DNA from: Patescibacteria group bacterium UBA661
GTDB lineage: Bacteria; Patescibacteriota; Minisyncoccia; Phycocordibacterales; UBA918
Assembly: GCA_002299465.1 (NCBI GenBank)
Contig: DBNX01000018.1
Span: 11,987 to 75,986 of the forward strand
Length of the DNA stretch: 64,000 nucleotides
Direction: 5' to 3'
A program made the position numbers and the translations under genes. Below are positions 38,241 to 46,613 of the stretch, piece after piece. The notes under the pieces were generated by a model, which saw only the letters and a list, made by a program, of their open reading frames with translations, was not told the DNA's origin and did not search any database. Numbering within the stretch: position 1 is the first letter of the stretch; each line of letters starts with the position of its first letter.

Positions 38241-38506
38241 TACAATACTCCTTTCCGACTAAGAGCTTAGCACTGAATTGTTGTAAATTCAATCAGAAAA
38301 AGATAGCCGGTGTGAGTAAACAAGTATCCCCCAAAAATTCGTTTGCTTTTAAAAAGGAATTGTGTTATAAATTCAAACTAACTTTCCTCCCCACCGGACG
38401 GGTCAAATGAAATCACAAAACACCTTGGTGTGTGGATAGGTGATTTTATTTGACCCGTCCGGTGGTCGGATGTGGTGTTTATCACAAAAGAAAGAGGAAC
38501 TTTAGA

Positions 38507-38698
38507 GTGGAGTTCACAAAGGAAAACAAAGGCGGATTGTTCGAGCTGTCACGCCAAATTCGAGAAGCCTTGTTGGCTGGAATCAACCCCTTCTCAGTTT
38601 TGCCGGTTTCGTCGCAAAACAGAGGGACTGATTTCACCGACACGCGACCGACAATGCACGTCGTCGAACACTACGACACCGAGTGTCGTTGGCGATAA
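38507..38698 (+). CDS. Small hypothetical protein behind a long hairpin leader
   Basis: GAGGA SD, GTG start, terminator aagcacactccgcggagtgtgctt. Confidence 0.4.
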   Translation: MEFTKENKGGLFELSRQIREALLAGINPFSVLPVSSQNRGTDFTDTRPTMHVVEHYDTECRWR

Positions 38699-38839
38699 AA
38701 ACTAAACCGAAGCAAACGCCACGGTTAAAAAACAAGCACACTCCGCGGAGTGTGCTTTTTACTGGCTCAGAATAAGATAATAAGTTGGCTTACCTAGGGA
38801 ATGGCTAAGAGTAGTTTTTTATTGTAAAAAATATGGTAT

Positions 38840-39388
38840 TTAAGAGCGGTTAGAGCGTAGCAGGTTGATATAAATAATTATGAGAAAGGCAAAAGTGACG
38901 GCTGACAGAAAGGGAAAAGTGACAAAACCATACATCTCAAATACTTTCGCGGCACAGTCAGAACTGCCATCGGTGAGGCAAGGCAATACTCCGGCTGCCA
39001 ACATTTCTGAGGGCAATGATTGATAAATGTAGTGATAAACAGCTACCCCCAGCCCAAAAATTGATAAAGCCAGGCCATAGAGAGGGAACATAACCTGATC
39101 TTTTAAGCGGTAAGCAATGACTGAGAGCAGGGCTTGTGGATACAGAGCGATGCGTTGTAGCCAACAGAGGGAACACGGCACAAATCCAAAATATTCTGAA
39201 TAAACAAGTGATAGCACCAAACTACCGGTCGTGGTCGCGATCATTAGGTACCAAGCATAAGGACGTAAGTAACGCTGGAAAATTTTGCTGTCATTTAGAA
39301 AATAATCCACAAACAAAGCAATCGTCACACCCAGCAAGATTAACCCGCCAGTGGCCAATAAGAGATTTAAGGTGTGAAGTGGTGACAT
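38840..39388 (-). CDS. dsbB: Disulfide bond formation protein B (BdbC/DsbB family)
   Basis: SLVYSE..PCSLCWLQRI..YP; second Cys pair; several TMs. Confidence 0.88.
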   Translation of the reverse strand: MSPLHTLNLLLATGGLILLGVTIALFVDYFLNDSKIFQRYLRPYAWYLMIATTTGSLVLSLVYSEYFGFVPCSLCWLQRIALYPQALLSVIAYRLKDQVMFPLYGLALSIFGLGVAVYHYIYQSLPSEMLAAGVLPCLTDGSSDCAAKVFEMYGFVTFPFLSAVTFAFLIIIYINLLRSNRS

Positions 39389-39691
39389 AGTTAACGGTCA
39401 TTGTAACACGTCAACGCACTCATAAAAATCTCAGCCGAAGGGCAGAGGGTAGGGGAGTTTTTTTCTGACAAACAATTAGTTTTGTCCCAAAACACAGCCG
39501 AGGTACTAATTACGCTCGGAGAGAGATTTTTTCTACCAGCAGTTGACTGGTAGAAAAGGCGAACCATATACTTCAGCTGTGTTTTGGATATCAGTTTTTA
39601 TAAACTCAATCGCGGCTTAAAATTAACCAAGTTAATTTTAAGCCGCGAATAAAGTGGGGAAGATTTTTTAATACAAATCTTCCCCAGCCGC

Positions 39692-39934
39692 TTAGCGGCC
39701 GGCTATCTTGTCGGACAGCAGCCACTCAGCGTGGCATGTGTCTAAGTCCTTGCCTAACGTATGGAACAACCTTACGCAGACAAACTCCTGCCACTCCTTC
39801 GAGTGGCAGGGCAAGACTAGCCTGCCCCACGGACCGGCGTCGATCACGACGTCGGTGCCTTTTTTTAGTAAGGACACCTCGCGCAGGTCTGCAAGACAGG
39901 CGATGGCGTCGGTGTAACCGGTATGTGACTTCAT
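39692..39934 (-). CDS. Small hypothetical protein
   Basis: AAGGA SD, boxA-like GTTCTTTTAAC upstream, hairpins downstream. Confidence 0.5.
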   Translation of the reverse strand: MKSHTGYTDAIACLADLREVSLLKKGTDVVIDAGPWGRLVLPCHSKEWQEFVCVRLFHTLGKDLDTCHAEWLLSDKIAGR

Positions 39935-39959
39935 TTTCTTTCCTTTGGGGGTTGGTTAA

Positions 39960-40465
39960 AAGAACTTTATCTCTTTGAGGATTCCAATCAAAGCTCATCG
40001 CCCGAATCACTGCCTCCTGGACATTTTCGTCCAGCTTCAGTTTTTCGGAGATCGAGGTCGGTGTCGTGCGTCGGCGAACGCGTCCGTCTGAGAAAACTTG
40101 CCGGTCTTCTGTTAAGCGGAAACGCTTGCCGTCAATGTCCGCGAGGACATCCACGCCGAGCACCGCGACGCGACGAACAAGCCGTCCGCCCTCATCGCGC
40201 GCGAACTGCGCGCGGATGAGGGCAACCCCGAGGTCCCGCCGCCGATCCACGAGCTTCATCAGCGCGGGGAACGGGGCCTGGGCCTCGACCGCGACGACCT
40301 TCTGGCCGTCGGTCTCGGTCTTGGCGACGAGCGCCTTGACCGCGCCCCCCGGGTCGTCCCCGTAGGGTATGTCTACGGTGACAACGCGAACGTCGTCACC
40401 GTAGACCGCCTGCAGGAACTGCAGGCGGTCTACGTCTGTAGGGTCGCGGGTTATGAAGAACTGTC
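39960..40465 (-). pseudogene. Chimeric gene fragments: GC-rich coding piece joined to a truncated NUDIX-like segment
   Basis: Open frame with GC3-rich codons and no clear start; ..SISEKLKLDENVQEAVIRAM breaks off before an EELG-like Nudix helix. Confidence 0.4.
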
Positions 40466-40893
40466 CTGGGAACCATTCCTAGGACATTTTCGGTAAGAAG
40501 CGGTGGTTAATCGCTTCCGACCGATCGATGTCCTCTCGAGCTGTGCTCGAGGTTGATCGGGTGAAGTAGTCCAGCTGCCGTCACCAGTTGACGGTATCAG
40601 TCGGTGGAGTCTGGTTTGCGGCCTACTCCCAACTTCGTGCAAACGAATCAAGTTTTAATGCGAGTTGTTCCGAGACTCTCTCTTCCTGCCACACTTTCGG
40701 CTGTGGTCACCGCTTAGGTTTCCCTAAGGCGAGCGTCTCGGCTCGTATCTCTCTCCTGATTCCCTGTAAAAAACTTTCTTTCTGCACTCGCTCGGAAATG
40801 AACAAATGTATTTGTTCATTTCGCTCACTCGTTTGAAAGTAAGGTACTCTCTCCGAAAGTGATGAAGCTCTCTCTCCCACCTCTTTCTTAACT
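40455..40893 (-). ncRNA. Candidate large structured non-coding RNA or leader
   Basis: Promoter at 40928-40900; at least 9 helices read by eye; no credible ORF. Confidence 0.5.
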
Positions 40894-40899
40894 GCATAC

Positions 40900-40928
40900 A
40901 TCATACCAGAGGTTAAATGTATTGTCAA
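40900..40928 (-). promoter_or_regulatory. Near-consensus sigma70 promoter
   Basis: TTGACA-17-TATGAT. Confidence 0.75.
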
Positions 40929-41008
40929 GAAGTATATACAAAAAACGGCTAAATGTGGCTAAAATTACTATTTTTAAATAAAAAACTGCATAGTTATCAA
41001 CATATAAA

Positions 41009-41026
41009 TGTCACGGTAACGTGACA
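41009..41026. promoter_or_regulatory. Palindromic operator upstream of the TrmB-type regulator
   Basis: TGTCACG-GTAA-CGTGACA. Confidence 0.55.
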
Positions 41027-41054
41027 ATAACGATAGATGTGCTATTGTGTAAGG

Positions 41055-41849
41055 ATGATTCAATTAGAATATACAAAAGAAATCACTGATACTGGCCTCT
41101 CTAAAGAGCAGGCGGTTGTGTATGAAGTCTTATTAAAGCTTGGGGAATCCCCAGCAAGCGCTATTGCGAAGGCAATTCCAAATGGCACTACACTGTCTCG
41201 ACCACTTGTATATAAAGTGCTTGAGGAATTGATTGGTCTTGGTCTAGCCAGTAAATCGGAAGAAGCTAATAAAATTGCCAAGTTCACTCCAAAGCACCCC
41301 GTGGCTATTACGAAGGTGATTGACGAGCAGAAAGAGCGTATCGAACGCACGAAAAAGCAGTTTTTGGCTACATCAGGCAAGCTCTCATCACTCTTTAATC
41401 TGAGTGTCGGAAAGCCGGGGGTTCAATTCTATGAAGGTGAAGACGGGGTGTGGGAGGTACTTATGGATAGTCTTTCTGCTACCGAGGAGATTCTCACCTA
41501 TGCTGATCTTGAGGCTATCACCAAATATATCCCGGCACTTAATGCCGAATACTCTGCGCTGCGCGAGGAACAGGATGTGAAGAAACGTGGACTGGTGATT
41601 GATTCACCAGAGGCACGAAAGTTCCTCAAGTCATACGACGGCAAGGTCACGAATACCAAGCTCATTACCGCTTCAGAAGGCTTTTCACCATTTCAGACTG
41701 TGGTTCAGATATACGACAACAAAGTATCGTATATCACGCTCACTGATGAATATCTGGTGGGAGTAATTATTACTGACCAGTACATTGCAAATACACACAA
41801 ATATCTCTTTGAGAGTCTGTGGAAGTTGAGTAGCGGAGAAGTGATCTAG
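41055..41849 (+). CDS. TrmB-family transcriptional regulator
   Basis: GLSKEQAVVYEVLLKLG..RPLVYKVLEEL..GL; VQFYEG.DG; IYDNKV. Confidence 0.85.
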   Translation: MIQLEYTKEITDTGLSKEQAVVYEVLLKLGESPASAIAKAIPNGTTLSRPLVYKVLEELIGLGLASKSEEANKIAKFTPKHPVAITKVIDEQKERIERTKKQFLATSGKLSSLFNLSVGKPGVQFYEGEDGVWEVLMDSLSATEEILTYADLEAITKYIPALNAEYSALREEQDVKKRGLVIDSPEARKFLKSYDGKVTNTKLITASEGFSPFQTVVQIYDNKVSYITLTDEYLVGVIITDQYIANTHKYLFESLWKLSSGEVI

Positions 41850-44263
41850 GCCGCTTTCTTCAAATCCTCTTGCGGTGGAGTGAACTCGTCTCGGAGGGTG
41901 TCACTGAGCTTTTCAAAGACGAGATATGTCTTGCCTTGGTGTGTGAAGTATCGAGTTAATCCCATAGCATTTTGTAGCTCGGGATAGGTTTCAGCGCTTG
42001 ATTGTTCGCGAACCACAATTGACCCAGATTCTTCAGTCTGATTCAACAGTTCCTCAATTGATTTCTGCTTGCTTTCGAGTTGTCTGGTTGAGTCTTTAGA
42101 GCGCCAGATTTCAAAGCTTGGTTTACCAGCGAGTGAATAGAATCCGGTAGCAACAAAACCATCTTCAATATATTTTTTAGTGATTGCCTGCGTGGGGTCA
42201 CAGTGAGCCATCATGGGGCGACCGTTCCCAAGCTGATCCTTGATGGTTTCTTCAAGCATTATTCCACCGACACCACTGTATGCCGGATCGGCGTTAAAAG
42301 AACCGAAGTACGACACTTCTTTCCCAGTATAGTCGCGAAGCGTATCAAAGCGGTTGAAACTGACAATCTTACCTTGGTCGCGCAATATGCGATATGTTGT
42401 GTTTGGGTTATCAAAACTTTTCACGAGTGAACCAGCTACCGTTGCCTTAAATTCATTATTTTCAGGTTCTGGGTACGCCGTATCATAATTCTTTCTGAGG
42501 AGTTCCTGCATACGAACCTTATCTTCTTCGGTTAGAGCCTCGGGTGAGACCGATTCAATTTTTTCTGTGCCGACTTCTTGGAGTAGGGCAACATACTCTT
42601 TCGCAGCCGCTACATAGTTTTCGATTTGTGAAGCAACCTCGCTTGGATTATGTGCTCGCACTGCTTTTTCAAGATCCTTTTGTGCTCTGTTTAAAATGTT
42701 TTCGCGGACCTGATTTGCCAGATCGGTACATAGATCTCCCTCGCAATTAGATACTTCGCGGACCAATTGCTCTGCACGATCAGCACTATTAAGGAGGTCA
42801 CTGTAATATCTAAAAACCGTACCCGCGACTTCCTCATGCTGACCGAAAGCAACGATGTTGTCGCCAAGTGTTTCGTCTCCTCGTTCAAGCGATAGAAAGG
42901 TGCGCATTCCGTTGACACCGTAGCGTGAAGTAAATTGTTTTATGGATTCAATAAATTCAGGAGTAACACTCTTCAGGTAGTTGAGAAAGAAGTACTGTTC
43001 CTTTAGGTTCAAGTCAAGTAGCTTAAAACCAAAGGCTTTTTCCAATGATGCACGCACACGGAGATCCATAAGTGATCGATATTCAGCAACACCATCATTA
43101 CTTACTGCCGAACCACCGATACCTCTACTTTCGAGAAGGTTCTTGATGGTTATTGGTCTATAGTTACCTTGAACATCTCTCTCAATTACATAGAATGCGT
43201 CGTTGGCAACATAATCAGCAAAACAATCTTTTGTTAGGCCGAGCATCAGGCTAGCTCTGTCGTGTATATGGAAAGATTCAACGGATCTATTTGCGTTTGA
43301 TTCTTTTATTAACGCATCAAGCTGATTTTCTGAAATGGTTATTTCTGAACCGTCAGTGTAATCATTATTTGAATTTCCCCACGCTTCCATCACTGCATCG
43401 TACTTGATTGTTTCAAAAACCGTGTGAAGGCGGGGCTCTAGTCTATTCTCAATATAGTCAATAAGCACATACCTGAAACCAACATCGCGATACTCATGAA
43501 TTCTTCGATCAATCTCATGTACAGGATCATCAAAAGCATCATAATCTTCTTTTTCCAATTCTTGTGATTGATATAGAAGATCAATCACCATCGGTATTCG
43601 TCGAGGATCGATGTTTTTTATATCAAAGTAGGTATCGATAGCATCAAATACACCTTCTATGTCAAGGTCTGATTCATGTCTAGCATATCCAAGGATGCTT
43701 ATAATATCACTGGAAATCTTCGATCTCCAACCAAGTGTCGAGAGGGGGTCTTCGTTGCGTATAATCTGATAGAATCTTTGCCACTCATTATCAAATTTAG
43801 AAATATATATATCACAATCAAGATCGTCCCACTCACCGTCTCCTGTATAGAGTTTTTTAATTAAACGGTTTATGTGCAAGTTCTCGAATCTCTCCCCGTT
43901 CAGGTCGAGTTGTGCGTATACGGCATGTTCTTGTTTTTCGTATTCTGCTACTATATTTTCATACTCCTGGTAGATTTGTGATATCTGCCCAATTGTTGTT
44001 TCTAAATACGTTGTGCCAATGTCAGGGAGTTTCTCTAAGATTCGTTCAATTACATGACCATTTATTTTTTTAAGATTTGACCCAAAGTAAAGTACTAAAA
44101 ACTCTCGCACATCACCTACGCACTGGGGGTGATTTCGAAAATAATCCCCAATCTCCGGCACTGCTGGAAGTTCGGATTCTATGCGCTGAATCGTTTCGAG
44201 TCGTTTATCTTTTAGTGCTATCGACTCGGCTTCTTTGTTGATAATGGCTGGTCTTTCAGACAT
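41846..44263 (-). CDS. Large acidic hypothetical protein with GNAT-like C-terminal domain
   Basis: YFGSFNADPAYSGVGGIML..YIEDGF resembles GNAT motifs A/B. Confidence 0.6.
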   Translation of the reverse strand: MSERPAIINKEAESIALKDKRLETIQRIESELPAVPEIGDYFRNHPQCVGDVREFLVLYFGSNLKKINGHVIERILEKLPDIGTTYLETTIGQISQIYQEYENIVAEYEKQEHAVYAQLDLNGERFENLHINRLIKKLYTGDGEWDDLDCDIYISKFDNEWQRFYQIIRNEDPLSTLGWRSKISSDIISILGYARHESDLDIEGVFDAIDTYFDIKNIDPRRIPMVIDLLYQSQELEKEDYDAFDDPVHEIDRRIHEYRDVGFRYVLIDYIENRLEPRLHTVFETIKYDAVMEAWGNSNNDYTDGSEITISENQLDALIKESNANRSVESFHIHDRASLMLGLTKDCFADYVANDAFYVIERDVQGNYRPITIKNLLESRGIGGSAVSNDGVAEYRSLMDLRVRASLEKAFGFKLLDLNLKEQYFFLNYLKSVTPEFIESIKQFTSRYGVNGMRTFLSLERGDETLGDNIVAFGQHEEVAGTVFRYYSDLLNSADRAEQLVREVSNCEGDLCTDLANQVRENILNRAQKDLEKAVRAHNPSEVASQIENYVAAAKEYVALLQEVGTEKIESVSPEALTEEDKVRMQELLRKNYDTAYPEPENNEFKATVAGSLVKSFDNPNTTYRILRDQGKIVSFNRFDTLRDYTGKEVSYFGSFNADPAYSGVGGIMLEETIKDQLGNGRPMMAHCDPTQAITKKYIEDGFVATGFYSLAGKPSFEIWRSKDSTRQLESKQKSIEELLNQTEESGSIVVREQSSAETYPELQNAMGLTRYFTHQGKTYLVFEKLSDTLRDEFTPPQEDLKKAA

Positions 44264-44388
44264 TGCCTTATTTTAGCAGATTCGGAGAAACACCCCTAGT
44301 TGAGAGGCAGATAAAGGCGTCTGAGTTGCGGTTTATGTACAACAAAGCCAGCCTCATTTTGGATAGGGTAATGAGATATGTGAGTCAA

Positions 44389-45243
44389 CTAAAAAATTTC
44401 TTTTTTGACATCAGACTCTTCATACATCACTTCAGCGGTATTTGTCCACAAAGTTTCTTCTCTAATTTTGTTTTTGGTATTTTTTTCGTAAAAGACACGA
44501 TTTAAGACATTACAGCGATATAATTTGTTTGTTTGTTTTGATTTAATAAAAAAACTCTCTTTTTCCTCCAGTTTTATGAAATAATCAAGTGATACCGGGC
44601 TATCTAAGCTGCCGCGGAGTTGCGTGTCGGTAGTGCGTAAATTGAGCTTGATTGGAAAAGGGTAGGGGTTTTTGATTTTCAGATCAATCAGATTAAAGAA
44701 AATGGTTGCTCCGGATGCGAAGGGTACGGTCCTATTGTTGTCAGGGAATACATCTTTGGAGTGATGTTTTCTTTCTATAAAAACACACTCACTACAGGCA
44801 AACATATAAGCAATAAGATTTGATAGCTGACACAATCCTCCCCCCACATCTTCCCTTAAGCGACCGTTTGATAGGACTAAACCATTTTTAAAACCTCTTT
44901 TGGGCGATGGTCTGCCGACTTATTTCCAAAATGAAAAAACTTTTCCAGGAGGAATGATGGTTTCTTTTAAACTGCTGATGGCAATTTTTATGTTTTCGAT
45001 TTTACCTTCATCCAATTCTCGCTTGTTGTATTTTCTGTACAAAGGGGAAGAGTGTTCAGTTAAATGAAACCAGGAAGATATTTTTGGGTTTGCGGTTTTG
45101 AATTTTGGATGAAAATTATAAAACAGCAAGCGTGTAGCTCGTCGCGTCTCCAGCACAAATGGTAACAGCGCTGGATGTTTACTAGTTAAAGCAATCCTGT
45201 TGTCGTTTTCGATTTTTTTAATTTCGTCTAAGAAAAAATCCAT
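44389..45243 (-). pseudogene. VanW-family gene interrupted by an in-frame TAA at 44920-44922
   Basis: IIPPGKVFSFWK*VGRPS..GF..GLVL..GGGLCQLSN..ERKHHS; both halves in the same frame. Confidence 0.85.
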
Positions 45244-45384
45244 AATCAGAAATTAAGAATCAACTTAGCTGTCTTGGCGGGCTATATGGGTTAAGTGCCC
45301 CACAGGTAAGGCCTTATAAGGGTATTCTAGCACCTTTTGACTAGGTCAATTTAAGTAAGTGGGTCGAGACATTCCAATCCTATA

Positions 45385-45418
45385 AAAAGAAAAGCGAGAG
45401 GGTTGTTACCCTCTCGCC
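45385..45418 (-). terminator. Terminator of the gre-kinase unit
   Basis: gcgagagggt..accctctcgc followed by a T-rich tail. Confidence 0.75.
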
Positions 45419-45420
45419 CA

Positions 45421-45990
45421 TTAGCCACGACGCAGTCCGGCATGCAGTTTGATGGCACGTACCACGTGATTTGCAACCTGCTTTGCGGTTCGATTGTCAG
45501 TGGAGACACTTTTGTTGATGAAGAGCTCTTGATTGAACAGCTCGTCATATTCCTGCCGCAACTGCAGATTTCTTGGCACCATCTGCGTGTCATTGATAGA
45601 CATGCCACGCTCGATGAGACGTTGCAGCTGGTGCTCAGGACTGGCGGTAAGCAAAACGGTCAGGTCCGGCTGCAGCAAGCTTGAGAAGTCACTCTCTGCG
45701 ACTTGGACACCGATAACCTTGTGATAGACATAGGTCGTCATCCAGTACCGATCGCATACAACCGACTTACCCTCCGAAATCAGTTGCCTGATTTCGTCAG
45801 CCGCAACGACAACCCCATCGCGGAAGAAGTTGAACTTCTGCTGTGGAGATCCATTCAGGTCGACTTCTCTCCGTCGCTCCATATACTCTTTCGGAGGAGT
45901 AGCATAAGGAACGAAGCCGAGCATTTCTGCAACAAGACGGGTTACGGTTGACTTGCCAACCCCGTCTATACCTTCAAGAACAACGAACAT
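45421..45990 (-). CDS. Thymidylate kinase-fold NMP kinase, CMPK2-like
   Basis: EGIDGVGKST, ATPP, VVCDRYW.TT; AGGAGG SD. Confidence 0.85.
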   Translation of the reverse strand: MFVVLEGIDGVGKSTVTRLVAEMLGFVPYATPPKEYMERRREVDLNGSPQQKFNFFRDGVVVAADEIRQLISEGKSVVCDRYWMTTYVYHKVIGVQVAESDFSSLLQPDLTVLLTASPEHQLQRLIERGMSINDTQMVPRNLQLRQEYDELFNQELFINKSVSTDNRTAKQVANHVVRAIKLHAGLRRG

Positions 45991-45991
45991 T

Positions 45992-46477
45992 TCAGCCTCC
46001 TTTTTTGATTGCAGTAAGCAACAATGATGTTCGCTTACCTTTGATTTGAACATCTGCTTCAGTGCCAACTTCTGTTCCCATGAAGGGAGAGATAATTGGT
46101 GCCCCGTACTCCAGCGTCGGTGGATCGCTCCGAAGATCGGTTTCACCATAGCCAGCAACCAGGAACTCACGCACTGAACCATCCTCGTCTTCGAGCGAAA
46201 TCACATGCCCAATCTGGACATATTTTTCATCGGTAGGCGGAGAAACAAGAACCTGTTGGTCTTGCAAAGCACGAATATCGGAAATCTGACGATTGAACAT
46301 CATTTCTTGACGATTGAGTTCCTCAAACGCAAAGTTATCGTGCCAATTATCACCACCGACGTCGTATGCTTCTCCTTTCTGACTCTGTGTTTGTCGAAGT
46401 TTTTCGATCGCTTCATTCAGTTTCTGAGTGAGCAGATCCATTCCTTTACGGGTCACATAAATTGAGGGCACAGTCAT
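45992..46477 (-). CDS. GreA/GreB-family factor with atypical tip
   Basis: YVTRKG..L coiled coil, GDNWHDNFAFEE tip, VQIGH.I.L, API..G C-terminal domain. Confidence 0.8.
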   Translation of the reverse strand: MTVPSIYVTRKGMDLLTQKLNEAIEKLRQTQSQKGEAYDVGGDNWHDNFAFEELNRQEMMFNRQISDIRALQDQQVLVSPPTDEKYVQIGHVISLEDEDGSVREFLVAGYGETDLRSDPPTLEYGAPIISPFMGTEVGTEADVQIKGKRTSLLLTAIKKGG

Positions 46478-46536
46478 CTCCAAAGTTGGTTTGTCTGACA
46501 ACAAATTACCTGAATCTAGACAAAATGTCAAAGTTA

Positions 46537-46565
46537 TTGACTTATATTGAATTCAGATTTACACT
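46537..46565 (+). promoter_or_regulatory. Promoter for the RNR-like gene; divergent TTGACA-17-TAATTT on the minus strand at 46531-46503
   Basis: TTGACT-17-TACACT. Confidence 0.65.
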
Positions 46566-46613
46566 TCCCTCGGAGTGCTATCTGCACAAAAGCAAACAAC
46601 TTAGGAGGCTCAA

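Noticed and set aside
32983-38760. Integron cassette array
   Set aside because: The hairpins look like terminators, no consistent attC R/L box pattern, mixed orientation, no integron integrase
40455-40893. RNase P RNA or group I/II intron
   Set aside because: No GAGGAAAGTCC P4 motif and no recognisable intron core by eye; a covariance search is still needed
45991-46182. N-terminal extension of the kinase in the ORF track
   Set aside because: Overlaps the Gre gene; SD and P-loop position put the start at 45990
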